From Octopus vulgaris (lineage: Eukaryota), in contig OX597814.1 in the NCBI GenBank assembly GCA_951406725.2, positions 114,080,001 through 114,144,000 of the forward strand: 64,000 nucleotides of DNA, given 5' to 3'. Both the position numbers and the translations under genes were made by a program. The notes under the pieces were generated by a model, which saw nothing but the letters and a program-made list of their open reading frames with translations, was not told where the DNA came from and searched no databases. This document shows, in pieces, positions 27,892 to 40,484 of the stretch; positions within the stretch are counted from its first letter, which is position 1; each line of letters opens with the position of its first letter.

Positions 27892-28397
27892 GTATTACCT
27901 TCGGCAATGAACATATCGTCTTCCTTATTATCGGTTGTATGGTGCTCTTTTTCATGGTGTGTCTTCCAATTGACTTCTACAACTACCACAAAAAGCGAAA
28001 AGATAAAAAGGATCGACAAGGGTCCAGTATGGTTTACTCTCGAACAGGTCCCAGGCCATTTCATGTAATTGTCAACCAAGAATCAAACACGGAAGAGGCG
28101 CACCAAACGCGACACACGAAAACACGACGTCCCTTTTTCAAGTTTATGGGTCTCGTGGCGCTGCTTAAAAAGAAGCCGACTTCAGGCGACGATCAAGTCG
28201 ACAGTATTGTGGACGACGGAGTAACACCATCAACATCAACGAAGTCGATGAGTGTGTCGACGATGTATTGTAACAGTGTAGGACTATCTGCTGATTCGAT
28301 GAGTCCAGCGGAACATATCGAACTGCCAGAGTTACCGTACGACAACGCAAGGAAACCGAAAGAACTTTATAATTTTGTGGACGAAGAAAATTCTTGA
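27892..28397 (+). CDS. Terminal coding exon of a probable single-pass membrane protein (TM helix plus ~135 aa cytoplasmic tail)
   Basis: Strong acceptor TTGCTTTTCTTTTTCTTCGCAG (phase 1); hydrophobic IVFLIIGCMVLFFMVCLPI followed by KKRKDKK; non-repetitive open frame to TGA; AT-rich downstream region with several AATAAA. Confidence 0.8.
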
Positions 28398-28605
28398 TTA
28401 CTTTTGCTAAAATCGAATATCTAAGTGATAAAAATCCGGAATCCGAGATTTTGTCGGCAAAAATTAATCCATAGAAGAATTAATAGAAGATTTCTGGAAG
28501 TTGATTTGCCGGGAAACAAAAAAAAAAATAATAAATAAATAATCGAACTTGTTGTGTTCTCCTCCGAATATCTAAATGCTTTCTTGTTGCAAATGCTGCA
28601 TGAGA

Positions 28606-30170
28606 CGGAAGTGACGTATAATGAGGCTTTAACAGTTTGCATAGTTCTAATATATTAAAATAATTGGATTTATATGTTTTATAAAAGAAAAAAAAGAACA
28701 CTTCCGGTTTTATGCTAACACTTTATGCCAAGTTGCCCCCAAATGGGAAAATATAGGATTGGTTTAATTGACAATTTCCGACCGAAATTATTTTAAATTT
28801 TGAACTATTTTATAAAATATATGATTCTTCATTTTTACTCTCGGAAAAAAAAAAATAACAATAATAATCGATGAATAAAAATAAGCATAATTACAAAAAA
28901 GAAAAAATGAGAGTAAAAATAAACATCTGCATATAACTATTTTCGAGTGGAATATCCGGAAAATAGAAATAATCGATGCATGTCAATAACGGTAATAATA
29001 AAAACGTAATCTTCAAGCTGGGTTTAAAAGCTATGACGAGGGTTAAAGTTAAGAAGAGGTGGTGAGATTTTTATCAACTTGAAATCATTTCTATTTTAAT
29101 TACTGAAACATCCGTAGAGAAGTTTTGTATAGAAAAGTGTTTTGTACGACTGAAATTATTTTAATTGAGTTAAAATGAACAGTAACCTAATTTGTTTGAA
29201 TTCTGCTTGGTATATTAACGCTTAAATAATTTAAATATTTCTTAAGAAAACATGTGCCGGAAGTATTGTTAATGTCGGTAAACCAATTGCGTAAAATGAC
29301 GGGAAATTAAATGAAAAAAAAACATGAATATTTATTAAATTATTGATTTTTAAGAAGAAAAAAAATTAAAATACATGTAAGAGAAATGTGTTGTAAGATT
29401 TTAAATGTTAAAATAAATTATTGTTTGTTACAAAAGAACACGAAATGGCTGTTTTATTAAAATAAGAAATACGTAAAAACATTGAATCTCGACGAATCGA
29501 TTTTGCAAAAACAACTTTTTTCCTTTACATACGAAATGTGAAATTAAAAATAGTGGCGGATGATAAAATATAGGGACTACATCTTATCTCCCACCATCAC
29601 ATTTGCGTAAGTGAAAAGATTTTGTTTTAACTGAAAATCGAAAACTGGATTTGTGTAAGAAATACTTTGCAACTCTTTTTGTTGTCTAACGATTCCGGGT
29701 TCCAATCCTCTAAATGTAGAAATCTTCGTTGACAAGTTGACAAAAGGAAATAGAGTTTTAGTCTTAGAATCTGGTTTGCATCTTCGATGCTTTTATAGGA
29801 ATATTAAATTCCGCAGTTTGGCGGCGAACTAACCGAATCGTTACTGCGCCGTGCATAAAATGCTCAACGGCATTTCATCCGTCTTTATTTTCTAAGTTCA
29901 AATGCCGCCGAGGTCAACTTTGCTTTTTATCCGTTTGGGATCGATAAAATAAGTAAGTTAAGCATTGGTGCTGATGTAATCGATCCAGCCCCTCCCTCGA
30001 AATTGCTGGCCTTGTGTAAAATATGGTTGCGGTGGAGGATAAAAGATCATTAGAGGTGTAATATTATGCATTTATAAAGGTTGTGGTAGTTGCAGTTGTG
30101 TGAATTTACTGAGAAAGAAGGGTGGAACGAAGCTAAATTGCTTCATTCTTATTGAAAGATGCACTTCCGG
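28606..30170. promoter_or_regulatory. Cluster of ETS-type sites (CGGAAGTGACG at 28606; ACTTCCGG at 28700 and 30163; CCGGAAGT at 29257)
   Basis: Four ETS cores, one as an ETS-CRE composite, in CpG-retaining AT-rich DNA. Confidence 0.3.
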
Positions 30171-30974
30171 TTCTAGTTTTGTTCATAGAATTACAAAATA
30201 TCTGCTGTGTTGGATATCGTCTTTGATTCCGTTACATATGAGAAACAGAATGTTACTGACGGAAGAAGAGTTGTATGAACTGTGAAGATGTGTTTTAATT
30301 AAAAGTAAATTTAAGGTTATTGGTTTAAGAATAATAATTGAACATTTATTGATGGAAGATCCATTACTGAAAGTAAATTCAAAACTATTAAATTAAATTC
30401 AGTTATAAAATTGGGATTTTCATGTCCACCAGGAGGTATATTTAATGATTTCGAATTTTGACACAAGGCCAGCAATTTTAGGGGTGGGGCAAGTCGGTTA
30501 CATCAACCCCAGTGCTCCACTGATACTTATGTCAGCGACCCCCGAGAAGATGAAAAGTAAAATCGGCCTCGACGGAATTTGAACTCAGATCGTAAAGACG
30601 GACGAAATGCTCCTAAACGTTTTGTCCGGTACATTAACGATTCTACCCGCTCGCTGACTTGGCCGTATATTTAATAACAAGCCGTCATAAGAAACTGATT
30701 TTAATAAATGTAATTTAATTAAAAGCAATAATGATAATCAGAACATTAATGTACAGAAGTGGGTTGAGGCAACTTAATCCTGAAGTGCAATGGTGTTGAT
30801 GGAACCTGGGACCAAGAGATTTTAATAATGGAAGGCAAGGTTTACGATATTGGAAGAATATCATCTCCTTCCATCATCTTGTTCTTTATGTAGTTGAGGC
30901 TTCCGGCAGGCGAAGAAAAAAGTCTTCAAGTACAACTGCTATTTACAACTGGTTTATTTACAGGAAAATGTGAA

Positions 30975-31550
30975 GTGTGCTGCTCTCAGCTACCATCTTA
31001 AGCACCGATAGTGTGGGCGCATTGCCTCTGGAGATAGACAGGCAGAAAAGCTCTGCCAGTGGTGGTGATCAGCCATTGCTGCTGTGTAGTGGCGCCGAAG
31101 AAGAGAGGTCTGAATCGGTTTACCCTTTATATAGTTTTTTTTTTCCATCGCGAGCCTCGTTGTGATCTCATGCATGGCAAATGGATGCAGGTGAGGTCTC
31201 GCTCCTGTCGCGGTCAATTCAACTCCGGACGTGGGCTGGTGAATTACTTCGCTGCCCATTTGTCCAGCAAGATCCGTCTGGAGAAGAGGAGCCTGCAGCA
31301 AAGAGGCTTTTCGAAAAAGATGGACGACAGTGGTAAGAAAGATGAGAATGCACGAGGCTGTGCTTGCACGGTCGTTCGGAACATAAAAGAAAGGAAAAGG
31401 ATTACCAAAAAGGGATAACCAACCGGCGGGTTAACTCACTAACCCGGACCCAAAACTCATCCGATCATCATCTACATTTATATTTTTAACCCTCATTCAC
31501 AATATATGTAAACCCATCCGGTTTTTCACACTGTATGTAAGAAGCGAGAT
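30975..31550 (+). mobile_element. Tx1/L1-like LINE 3' fragment
   Basis: SGRGLVNYFAAHLSSKIRLEKRSL...FRKRWTTV resembles Tx1-clade ORF2 C-termini; inverted homolog at 32665-33085. Confidence 0.55.
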
Positions 31551-31946
31551 CTCATCCAATATGGCGCTGGCTGCTTGTGCCGCTACAAGATCATGTCGAC
31601 ATATTCTGAAACAGCGATGCCTGATAAGTAAAGGGTGACGGAGTCCATTGATGTACATCTCTGCTTGGAAATCCTTGAACTAGACATGGCTGAAAGTTTC
31701 ACTGATGTTAGATACATAAAAATATTACCATTTTTTAAAGCAATTTCCAGGATTAGCAACTATTGGTTAAAATTTGATAAATGCCGCGAAACGGTGGTAA
31801 AAGTGTTCAGTTGTAAAAGCGATACCAGGAATATTGTGAGATGTTGTTGTTGCAGTTGTTGTTATCTTCACCCACTTCAGCTCCTCATCGAGAAGACACG
31901 ATTTATGATTAAAAGTATTCAAATTGTAACCAACCCGACTTTTATT

Positions 31947-32268
31947 GGTACTACTAGCGAACAGTGGTCCCGGTGCGCGCACTCGCACATCCGCGCTAGC
32001 TAGTCGTAAGCAGTCGATCCTACAACGACTTTTTAATCCTAACCCTAAACCTAATTTTTAAACCCTAAACCTAACCCCAACCTTAGTTTGTTTTAAAAAA
32101 TAATTTACTTTGCGTTTTATTTACTTTGTTCGAAAAATATTATTTAATTTTCTTTAATATGTATTCAGCCTTGAAATACAAACATACGCGCAAGTCGATG
32201 TAGGATAGACTACTTACTACTAGCTAGCGCGAGTGCGCGCACCAGGACCACTGTTCGCTAGTAGTACC
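31947..32268. mobile_element. Mutator-like MITE
   Basis: ~80 bp TIRs GGTACTACTAGCGAACAGTGGTCC... / ...GGACCACTGTTCGCTAGTAGTACC; 9-bp TSD ACTTTTATT/ACTTTTCTT; internal CCTAACCCTAAACCTAA motifs. Confidence 0.85.
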
Positions 32269-32664
32269 ACTTTTCTTCAGGCAATTATCCTCATTTAAAG
32301 ACGATAGGACGGGTGCTGTTTTAGAGAGAACAAAAGGCTATTTCTAGCAGGTCGAGAAACAACGCAACGGCTTTCTTGTTGGTTCGTTTTTAAAGTTGCC
32401 TACAACATCTAGGTGAAGGCGCGTGACCAGGTGGTTAGGGTGATACTCACGATCGTAAGATCACAGTTTCGATTTCCAGACCGAGCAATGCGTTATGTTC
32501 TTGAGCAAAACACTTCACTTCACGTTCCTCCAGTCCACTCAGATGTAAATGAGTGACCCTACAATGGACCGATGTCCTATTTAGGAGGCGTGATGTGATC
32601 TCGGTTACTTATACGTCATGGGAACCAGATAACCAACCTGGTGAGTCCTAGGGATCAACAGAGA

Positions 32665-33085
32665 TATTTCTTTATTTGCCTATAAAAAGGTTTACATAGA
32701 GGGGACATTACAAGGACGGACAAGGGACATTTAGGGTACAAACACGCTTGTTATATACACTATAAAAAAAAACGAATGGATTTACATATATTTTGCGGAT
32801 GGGAGTTAAAAATATAAATGATGGTTAGATGAAATTTGGGTCCGGGTTAGTGAATTAACCCGCCGGTTGGTTATCCCCATTGGTAATCTTTTTCCTTTCT
32901 TTTATGCTCTGACCGACCGTGCAAGCACAGCCTCGTGCATTCTCATCTTTCTTACCACTGTCGTCCATCTTTTTCGAAAAGCCTCTTTGCGGCAGGCTCC
33001 TCTTTTCCAGACGGATCTTGCTGGATAGATGGGCAGCGAAGTAATTCACCAGCCCACGTCCGGAGATGAATTGACTTGTCGCAAT
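32665..33085 (-). mobile_element. 5'-truncated Tx1/L1-like LINE with intact 3' tail and 17-bp TSD
   Basis: TSD CTAGGGATCAACAGAGA at 32648-32664 and 33086-33102; tail ...TGTCCGTCCTTGTAATGTCCCCTCTATGTAAACC...GCAAATAAAGAAATA. Confidence 0.8.
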
Positions 33086-33483
33086 CTAGGGATCAACAGA
33101 GAGCACACACACACACACAGCATCCTTGTTGCTCAAGCATCACCTTTTTTAAATACTTTCTAGGATCTTCTAATCCTTTACTCAGAAGTGACTTACTGAC
33201 CTTGCTTGGATTGACTTCGTGTAAGAAAAAATGTTTCCACGTTGTTTAACGTCGATAATTGGGTGACAACCAGCGTTTTCATTGTGATATAAAAATATTT
33301 CTATTCAAGTAAACTGAATATAGATGTTTCCGAGAGACAGATGGAATTTAATAAAAAAAATTACAAAAGCTGCAAAGTAATTCTATGAATACAATGTATT
33401 AACGTACAACGTTAGCTTACATGAAATGTTGAACATAACGAGGTTAAAGAGCGGCTGATTATTAAAGGAATAAAACGATATAT

Positions 33484-33919
33484 ATTTCTTTATTGCTCAC
33501 AAGGGGGTAAACATACAGGGGACAAACAAGGACAGACAAACGGACCAAGCCGATTACATCGACTCCAGTGCGTAACTGGTACTTAATTTATCGACCCCGA
33601 AAGGATGAATGGCAAAGTCAACCTCGGCGGAATTTGAACTCAGAACGTAACGGCAGACAAAATACTTATTTCTTTACTACCCACAAGGGGCTAAACACAG
33701 AAAAGACAAACAAGGACAGACATAGGTATTAAGTCGATTACATCGACTCCAGTGCGTAACTGGTACTTAATTTATCGACCCCGAAAGGATGAAAGCAAAG
33801 CAAAGTCGACCTCGGCGGGAATTTGAACTCAGAACGAAGCAAGAAAAAGTCTAAGCAGACGAAATACTTTGATTTAAGAATTTCGCCCGGCGTGCTAACG
33901 CTTCTGCCAGCTCGCCGCC
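33484..33919 (-). mobile_element. Dimeric family-B SINE with TSD AATAAAACGATATA
   Basis: Two units; flanking direct repeat near 33469 and 33922. Confidence 0.85.
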
Positions 33920-34910
33920 TAAATAAAACGATATACGGAAGGAAAGTGGTTTACTTTGGTAGAAGTGTGAGAAGTTGACAAGGGAAAGCACTCAAGAAGA
34001 GAAAAAGTCTAAGACCAATGAAGACATACGAAGTGTGTTGTTTGGCTTTTCTTTGATTTAACTTTGCAGCTGACACCTAATACATCTTCACCAATAAAAG
34101 CCCAATGCCCAATGTCATAATTCAAAACTAACGCAGCGAAAATTTTGAAAAGTTCCCCCAGTTCTGAAAAAAAATCGATAAATTCGACATGGGGTCGAGA
34201 ATCAGAAACACAAACAACAGACTGTCTAGGGGACGCAACTCGACCTTTTTAACTAAAAAAAATTTACCATAATTTTTTTTCCATTTTTTGGCTATAACTC
34301 TCTAAAAATGCTTTATAGTTATTTCCTTACATAAACCGAAACAGATTCATATAATTATTAGTATTGCATAAAACAATTAGACATAGCGCCTGAATGTCTG
34401 TTTGCCTTCACCAACAAACCTATTCACTATCTAGTTCACTATTCTACTGTTTATTTAAGAGAACTTTGACTTTCTTCATAACTTGAATATATTCGTTAAG
34501 GTCTCTCTATCGCCATTAGATAATTAAGGTCTCTTAAAGTGACTTTATTATAAGTAAAAGCATTCTTTAAAAAATGTATTGTGACAATTTTGAAATTCAT
34601 CTTTGTTATTATTTTTTACAATATTGTGTGAGGCACTCGTCTGAATAATTCCATGAGATGAAAAGTGTTAACAACGATATAGAAAATGAATGAGTTATTT
34701 GATGGGCTATTGTAGAGGGTGGTCTAAAAGTTTTGTTACTCACTACTAGAAAGTAATGAGAGCAATAGAAAAACAAGTAATGCAGTATCCCAAAGCACGA
34801 ACTGGGTTTAGTTTATTCACTTTCATTGACGCTGTCATATTTGTATGAACACCGTCATTTTCGTGGCACATAATAATGCAGCACCATGTTCTGTGTGATA
34901 TTTTTCGAAG

Positions 34911-35812
34911 ACGGAGAGCTGACAGAAACGTTAGAACGCCGGGCGAAATGCTAATACGGTATTTCGCCTGTTTTTGCGTTCTGAGTTCAAATTCCGCCGA
35001 GGTCGACTTTGCTTTTCATCCTTTCGGGGTCGATAAATTAAGCACCAGTTACGCACTGGGGTCGATATAATCGACTTAATCCATTTGTCTGTCCTCTCTT
35101 GTCCTTCTGTGTTTAGCCCCTTGACTTTGCCTTTCATCCTTTCGGGATCGATTAAATAAATACCTGTTTCACACTGGGTATCCTTTTCTGTCCTTGTTGT
35201 TCTCCTTGTTAGCCCCTATAGGTAGCAAAGAAATAGGTATTTCGTCTGTCTTTACGTAGTGAGTTCAAATTCCTCTGAGGTCGACTTTGCCTTTCATCTT
35301 TTTCGGGTCGATTAAATAAGTACCAGTTACATACTGGAGTCGATATAATCGACTTAATCCGTTTGTCTGTCCTTGTTTGTCCTCTCTGTGTGTAGCAGTA
35401 AAGAAATAAGAAACGTTAGCACGCCGGGCGAAATGCTTAGCGATATTTCGTCTGTCTTTACATTCTGAGTTCAAATTCCGCCGAGGTCGACTTTGCCCTT
35501 CATCCTTTCGGGGTTGATTTAATAAGTACTAGTTACACACTGGGATCGATATAATCAACTTAATCCGTTTGTCTGTCCTTGTTTGTCCCCTCTGTGTGCA
35601 GTAAAGAAATAAGAAACGTTTGTATGCCGGGCGAAATTCTTAGCGATATTTCGTCTGTCTTTACGTTCTGAGTTCAAATTCCTCTGAGGTTTACTTTGCC
35701 TTTCATCCTTTGGTTCAGGGTCAATAAATTAAGCACCAGTTGCGTACTGGAATCGATCTAATCGACTGACTCCCACCCTGCAAAATTTTTGGCCTTGTAT
35801 CTAGAGTAAAAA
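34911..35812 (+). mobile_element. Tandem array of about five family-B SINE units
   Basis: Repeated units joined at AAAGAAATA|GGTATTTCG and AAAGAAATA|AGAAACGTT. Confidence 0.85.
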
Positions 35813-36142
35813 AGATTTTTCGATGCTATGCTTTGGTGATTTTTGCAAAGGCTCTCCGAATACCGTCCTTCAACTGATGGGTATTCTGGTATCGTTAATG
35901 CGAAATACTCCTTGGTAATATCCCTCAGAACGTTATCGTAAGACGTGAGGTCTGGACTTCTGGGAGGCCAGTCGATAGGTGCTTGAAACTGTTGCGATCC
36001 TCGCCCTGTCCATCTGTTCCGAAAATTTTCATTTAGGTATTCCCAGTTTGATTAGCATTGTGGGGTGAGACACCATCTTGTTGAAACCACTAATCAGTCA
36101 GCTCAACATTCAACCTCTGGAGCTGTGGAACAAACCACTCCC

Positions 36143-36379
36143 AGTTCTATATTTAAGAGATGAGGAATCATGTACATTGTTTACATTATTTATATTTGAC
36201 AGGTATATGACAGTGGTTAAGAGCGCGGGCTACTAACCCCAAAATTCCGAGTTCGATTCCAAGCAGTGACCTGAATAATAATACTACTACCACTAATAAT
36301 AATAATATTGAAAAATACGTTAGGAATGTGAACCCAGGTTCGAAATTTCCTCAAGACAAATGTAAATAATGTAAATAAT
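36143..36379 (+). mobile_element. tRNA-headed SINE with Penelope-type tail, preceded by an inverted tail copy; 11-bp TSD
   Basis: TSD AAACCACTCCC at 36132 and 36380; head GTGGTTAAGAGCGCGGGCTACTAACCCC...GAGTTCGATTCC; homologous to 47020-47234. Confidence 0.75.
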
Positions 36380-37389
36380 AAACCACTCCCTTAACATGGC
36401 CAAGTAAGATTGCTGATTAACAATGCCCTCAAAGAAATAGGGACCTACCAGGTGCTTACTTGATAGGCGGCCCAAATCATTACAAAAAATAATTATAATA
36501 ATGACAATAATAAACAATACGTAGGGGGTACCAAGACTTTTAGACCACCCTGTATACCTTCTATTATTGTTGAGTTGATACTCTTGTGATGCTCCTTGCC
36601 AATCCAAGACTTTCTCTAGCGACTAGAACAATCTCATCTCACAAAGCCAGTTCCTTGACACACTTCATGTAATCTTGTACTTTAATTGGTAGTTTAGTCT
36701 CTGTGGACACTGTACGTCACACAGAACAGCTGAGTTTGACATATGGCTGATGGCATCCATATAATAATAATGACATTGTTATCTGTGAATCAATCTTGCC
36801 ATAACTACAAAAGTGTGTCATCTCCCATTCGAATTTATTTTTTCATAACTTTCTGAATAATTGATATTTCCCTCTGAAATTTTAGACAAATTTGTGTCAG
36901 ATGCTATAGATTACAATTATGCCAGTTTAATGTGAAAAACAAATGGTGGAAGGGAGAGTTCACACATCTCGACTTTGTTTCTTTGTACATTTTGATGAAG
37001 TAGATCAGAATTATGTTGAACAAAAATTACTTTTATGAGTATTGCACCCTTTCCCAGATGGAATTTGTTACAACAATATTTTTTGATGAAATGAACTTTT
37101 CCAGAGATACTGTCACAAGTTAAAATTATCAGAGATGAATTTGTGAGTTTAGTGGTATGGCAGTTTGCTATGCTACAGACCTTAGAATATACCCACGTGG
37201 TCCCACAAGTCAAATCGATCTAGTTCTAGATATCTTTAACTAGTTAACTATGCTGGAGCACCACTGTTTACAATCCTGTAAATAATAATAATGGTATTTT
37301 TATATAAGCTTAACGCTTATAGTGATCACCGTGCAATGACTAATGAAAATAGTCTAAGAATGAGGCATATAAGCCCTCGACAGACAAAA

Positions 37390-37470
37390 AAAGGCTTTCC
37401 TGTCTGCATGGGAGTCGAACCCACATCCCTTTAATAATGCGACTAATTGTGTTACCTTTACACCAGTGAA
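37390..37470 (-). other. tRNA-like Pol III cassette (A box, B box GGGTTCGACTCCC, T7 run)
   Basis: Minus strand TGGTGTAAAGGTAACA...GTGGGTTCGACTCCCAT...TTTTTTT; cloverleaf imperfect. Confidence 0.4.
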
Positions 37471-37534
37471 TCAGCCTCTTGATTTCTGTCAAATTTAAGC
37501 ACTATAATAGTTTGTGTTTGCTTTTATGTAAACA

Positions 37535-37569
<35 letters not shown>

Positions 37570-37825
37570 TAATCCGCCCCCCACCAGAAAAAAACCCCAG
37601 AAAAAGGACAAGAAAAAAACAATAACGCAAGGATGTGGTATATGCAAAGTATTAAGAGACACTCGGGGAAGGAAAGAAACGGCATTTTATGTTTCGAGCA
37701 AAGCTCTTCTTCAGAAACAGGAGTCAGAGAAAAGTCCAAAAGAAAAGGAAGATGGAGGAAAATTCACCAGAAATCCACATGTAGTTACATTTTGGAATTT
37801 TGTACACACACATACACACACACAT

Positions 37826-38466
37826 GATAGACCCATGAAAACATGGGATGAGTTGGTCAAGCATGACCTTCAAACGTTGGGCCTCACAGAGGCAATGATG
37901 AAAGACCGAGACCTCTGGAGATATGCTGTGACTGCGAAGACCCGACAAATAAAGTGAGTTCATTGCTGTATCCTACACCAGCTTCACACAACCAGCCCCA
38001 GCCCATTCAAAGTACCTTGGATCGTAGGATGGCCTGCGGTGCTTACCTTGGATTGTGGGGTGACCTGCTGTGCTTGAGGAGACCTATTGAGTCAAGTACA
38101 TCAACATCAAAATAAAAACAAATGGAAATTGTAGTTGTGATATGTGTGCCAGAGGCACGTAAAAAGCACCATCCGAATGTGGCCGATACCAGCGCCACCT
38201 TGGCTGGTTTCCATGCCAGTGGCACATAAAAAGCACCAACTGATCGTAGATGTTGCCAGCCTCCTCTGGCCCCTGTGCCTGTGGAACATAAAAAGCACCC
38301 ACTACACTCATGGAGTGGTTGGCATTAGGAAGGGCATCCAGCTGTAGAAACACTGCCAGATTAGCCAGGAGCCTGGTGCAGCCTTCTGGCTTCCCAGACC
38401 CAGATGAACCATCCAACCCATACTAGCATGGAAAACAGACGTTAAGCAATGCTGCTGCAGATGATG
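37826..38466 (+). mobile_element. RTE LINE 3' end (ORF2 C-terminus plus 3' UTR)
   Basis: RPMKTWDELVKHDLQTLGLTEAMMKDRDLWRYAV matches the RTE GRPxxTW...DRxxWR motif. Confidence 0.85.
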
Positions 38467-38854
38467 ATATGTGATTTTCCCAGTGAAGACACATTGTAAC
38501 ATCCCCTGGTTGTTGAACCCAACAGAGCGGTAATCAATATCATATAAAATATATGATGTTAAGTTTGTGAACTGACAGAATCGTCAGTATGCCAGGCTAA
38601 ATGCCTTGTCCCTCTTTACATTCTGGATTCAAATGCCACTGTGGTCAACTTGGATTTTCATCGTTTCAGAGTTGATGAAATAAGTACCAGCTGATCAGTT
38701 GGGTCAATATAATTGACTTAACCTCTCTCCCAAAACTGCTGGCATTCTGCTAAAATTTGAAACCAATAATATATGATAGATCGCCATGATAGATCGTTAG
38801 CCACTACACACATTTTTTTCTCTCCTTGTTTCTGTCCTTGTTTTTTCTGTGTCC

Positions 38855-38890
38855 CTTTCTGTAGAAGAGCGTAGGCTCGAAACATAAAAG
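38855..38890 (+). ncRNA. Hammerhead-like motif (A6U variant) in a short element (~38780-38980)
   Basis: CUUU-CUGUAGA-A-GAGC guag GCUC-GAAA cau A-AAAG. Confidence 0.6.
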
Positions 38891-39976
38891 ACTTTTTCTA
38901 TTCCTGAGCGTTATACTAATACATCTGTTTGATTTGTACACCACCTGTCTTTGTCTTTTGTTTTTTTCGTAAACTCACTCATTATATATGATATCATCAT
39001 CGTTTAACGTCCGCTTTCCATGCTAGCATGGGTTGGACAATGTTACTGAAGACTTATGAACCAGATGGCTGCACCAGGCTCCAATCTGACCTGGCAGAGT
39101 TTCTACAGCTGGATACTCTTTCTAACGCTAACCACTCTGAGAGTGTAGTGAGTGCTTTTACGTGCCACTGGCATGAGGGCAAGTCAGGCGGTACTGGCAA
39201 CGGCCACACCATATATCTCTCTATGCCTGGGCCAGGCCGAGTTTGCAACCGCTAAGGAGTTGATCAAGCTATTCTATATGATGTTGTCATCTGTGATAAA
39301 GCTAGTACAGAAGGTGTAATCCTTCAGATAATCAACACTAATCAACAGATGGTGTAATCTGTTTGAAAACAAAAAAAAAGGAGTCTTATTCATATCTAAC
39401 CCTTTAGCACTCAGATTACACTGTATAATGTAACTAACTGACACTCCATTGGTTATGACAAACAGGGTCCCAGTTGATCCATTCAATGGAACATCTTGCT
39501 TGTGAAATAAACATGCAAGTGGCTGAGTATTCCACAGACACGTGTACTCTTAACGTAGTTCTCAGGGAGATTTAATGTGACACAGAATGTGACAAGGCTG
39601 GCCCTTTCAAATACAGGTACAACTCATTTTTGCCAGCTGAGTGGACTAAAGCAATGTGAAATAGAGTATCTTGCTCAAGATCGCAATGCATTGCCAGGAA
39701 TCAATCTCACAACCTTACAATCTTGTAGCTTAGAGATTTTGATGATGTCTCTTTTACTTTCTTTTACTCATTTCAGTCATTTGGCTGTGGCCATGCTGGA
39801 GCACCGCCCTTTAGTCGAGCAAATCGACTCCAGGACTTATATTCTTTGTAAGCGTAGTACTTATTCTATCAGTCTCTTTTGCTGAACCGCTAAGTTACGG
39901 GGATGTAAACACACCAGCATCGGTTGTCAAGCGATGTTGGGGGAACAAACTGACACACAAACATATACACACACAT

Positions 39977-40020
<44 letters not shown>

Positions 40021-40121
40021 TAGTAAGCACATAAATGTGAAACAAGGTGGAAAAAAGAGTACTCAAATACCGGAGGTAGAGTAATATGCTTTATTTAAAA
40101 GCAGCAGAAATATAACAAAAG

Positions 40122-40159
40122 CTGTTACTCAGAGTTTCCCGTTCCCGTTTGTCAGACAG
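40122..40159 (-). ncRNA. Hammerhead motif, mutated (G8A by probable CpG decay)
   Basis: Minus strand CUGU-CUGACaA-ACG ggaa CGg-GAAA CUC u GAG U A-ACAG. Confidence 0.6.
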
Positions 40160-40484
40160 TTTTGTTCATCAGACTTTTAAATAAAGTATATAAAGTATAT
40201 ATTGTTAAAAATTTGTTTACCTTTGTAAGGTATTTCTTTCATGCTGGCCACTTGATAATTTCGACACTTAAATATCGATATTATCCTCATATATAAATTT
40301 ATATAATTCGTTATTATATTCACTGCGGTGCTTATTTTAACCATATCGTACTTATGCGGTGATTTGGCGGGCGATTCAAACTGGCTGTGTCCATACGTGC
40401 ATATGTATGTATGTACGGCGCTCGTGTATGTAAGTATATCGTTTGCTGTGCATATATATATCTGTATTTATGTACCCTTGATAT

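Larger units (their letters stand above)
34715..36552 (-). mobile_element. Decayed Tc1/mariner transposon with nested SINEs
   Basis: TIR (C/G)AGGGTGGTCTAAAAGT with TA flanks; minus-strand remnants GPYFFEG...YLAMLREWF, WFQQDG.SPH, WPPRSPDLT. Confidence 0.85.
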
